Source: Pseudophaeobacter sp. (GTDB taxonomy: Bacteria > Pseudomonadota > Alphaproteobacteria > Rhodobacterales > Rhodobacteraceae). From it: a DNA stretch of 64,000 nt. Position numbers and translations under genes: made by a program. Below, piece after piece: positions 63,950-64,000 of the stretch. The notes under the pieces are model-generated. The model was not told where the DNA came from. It did no database searches and saw only the letters and a list, made by a program, of their open reading frames with translations. The stretch covers positions 440,773 to 504,772 of the forward strand of contig JALUXC010000012.1 of assembly GCA_027019165.1 (NCBI GenBank), in the 5' to 3' direction. How positions within the stretch are numbered: the stretch's first letter is position 1; every line of letters begins with the position of its first letter.

Positions 63950-64000
63950 TGCATAGCCTCCTGTCAGGCGGCCCAGTCTATGGGCGCTTGGCCACGGGTC

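Overview
Mostly core chromosome of a marine Rhodobacterales (Roseobacter-group-like) alphaproteobacterium; the taxon is inferred from gene order and protein sequences, and GC looks close to 60% by eye. Core blocks in order: GcvT-type flavoprotein (partial), folate-biopterin transporter, corC-like, xerD, aroK-aroB, ssb, lytic transglycosylase, family-5 ABC transporter plus AraC, miaA, pyrH-frr-uppS-cdsA-dxr-rseP-bamA-skp-fabZ-lpxA-lpxI-lpxB, mnmA, sciP-ctrA, ligA-recG, soluble chemoreceptor, hisI, gluQ, trmFO, GTA-type endolysin/holin, ccmF-ccmH, gltA, gltX, comEC, lexA, moeA-moaC-trpC. Probable accessory genes: M50-CBS protease, VPLPA-CTERM protein, a 3-TM orphan, a MauG-like diheme enzyme, a GGST-type phosphatidylserine decarboxylase and an RTX-repeat protein. 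I saw no rRNA, tRNA, CRISPR, IS or prophage. Best leads: (1) a 40-aa hydrophobic ORF after recG, missed by the ORF track, with a phased array of LexA-type GTTC boxes and a long structured 3' UTR (candidate SOS peptide/sRNA module); (2) an orphan MauG-like enzyme that appears to lack the substrate-oxidising Trp; (3) a 41-aa ORF between rseP and bamA flanked by CtrA-type boxes; (4) the GTA lysis pair with an atypical psd at its 5' junction; (5) perfect CtrA boxes before bamA and the RTX gene; (6) an AAAGCGAC motif shared by the dehydrogenase and ABC loci. All assignments come from motif recognition and recall; no database searches were run.
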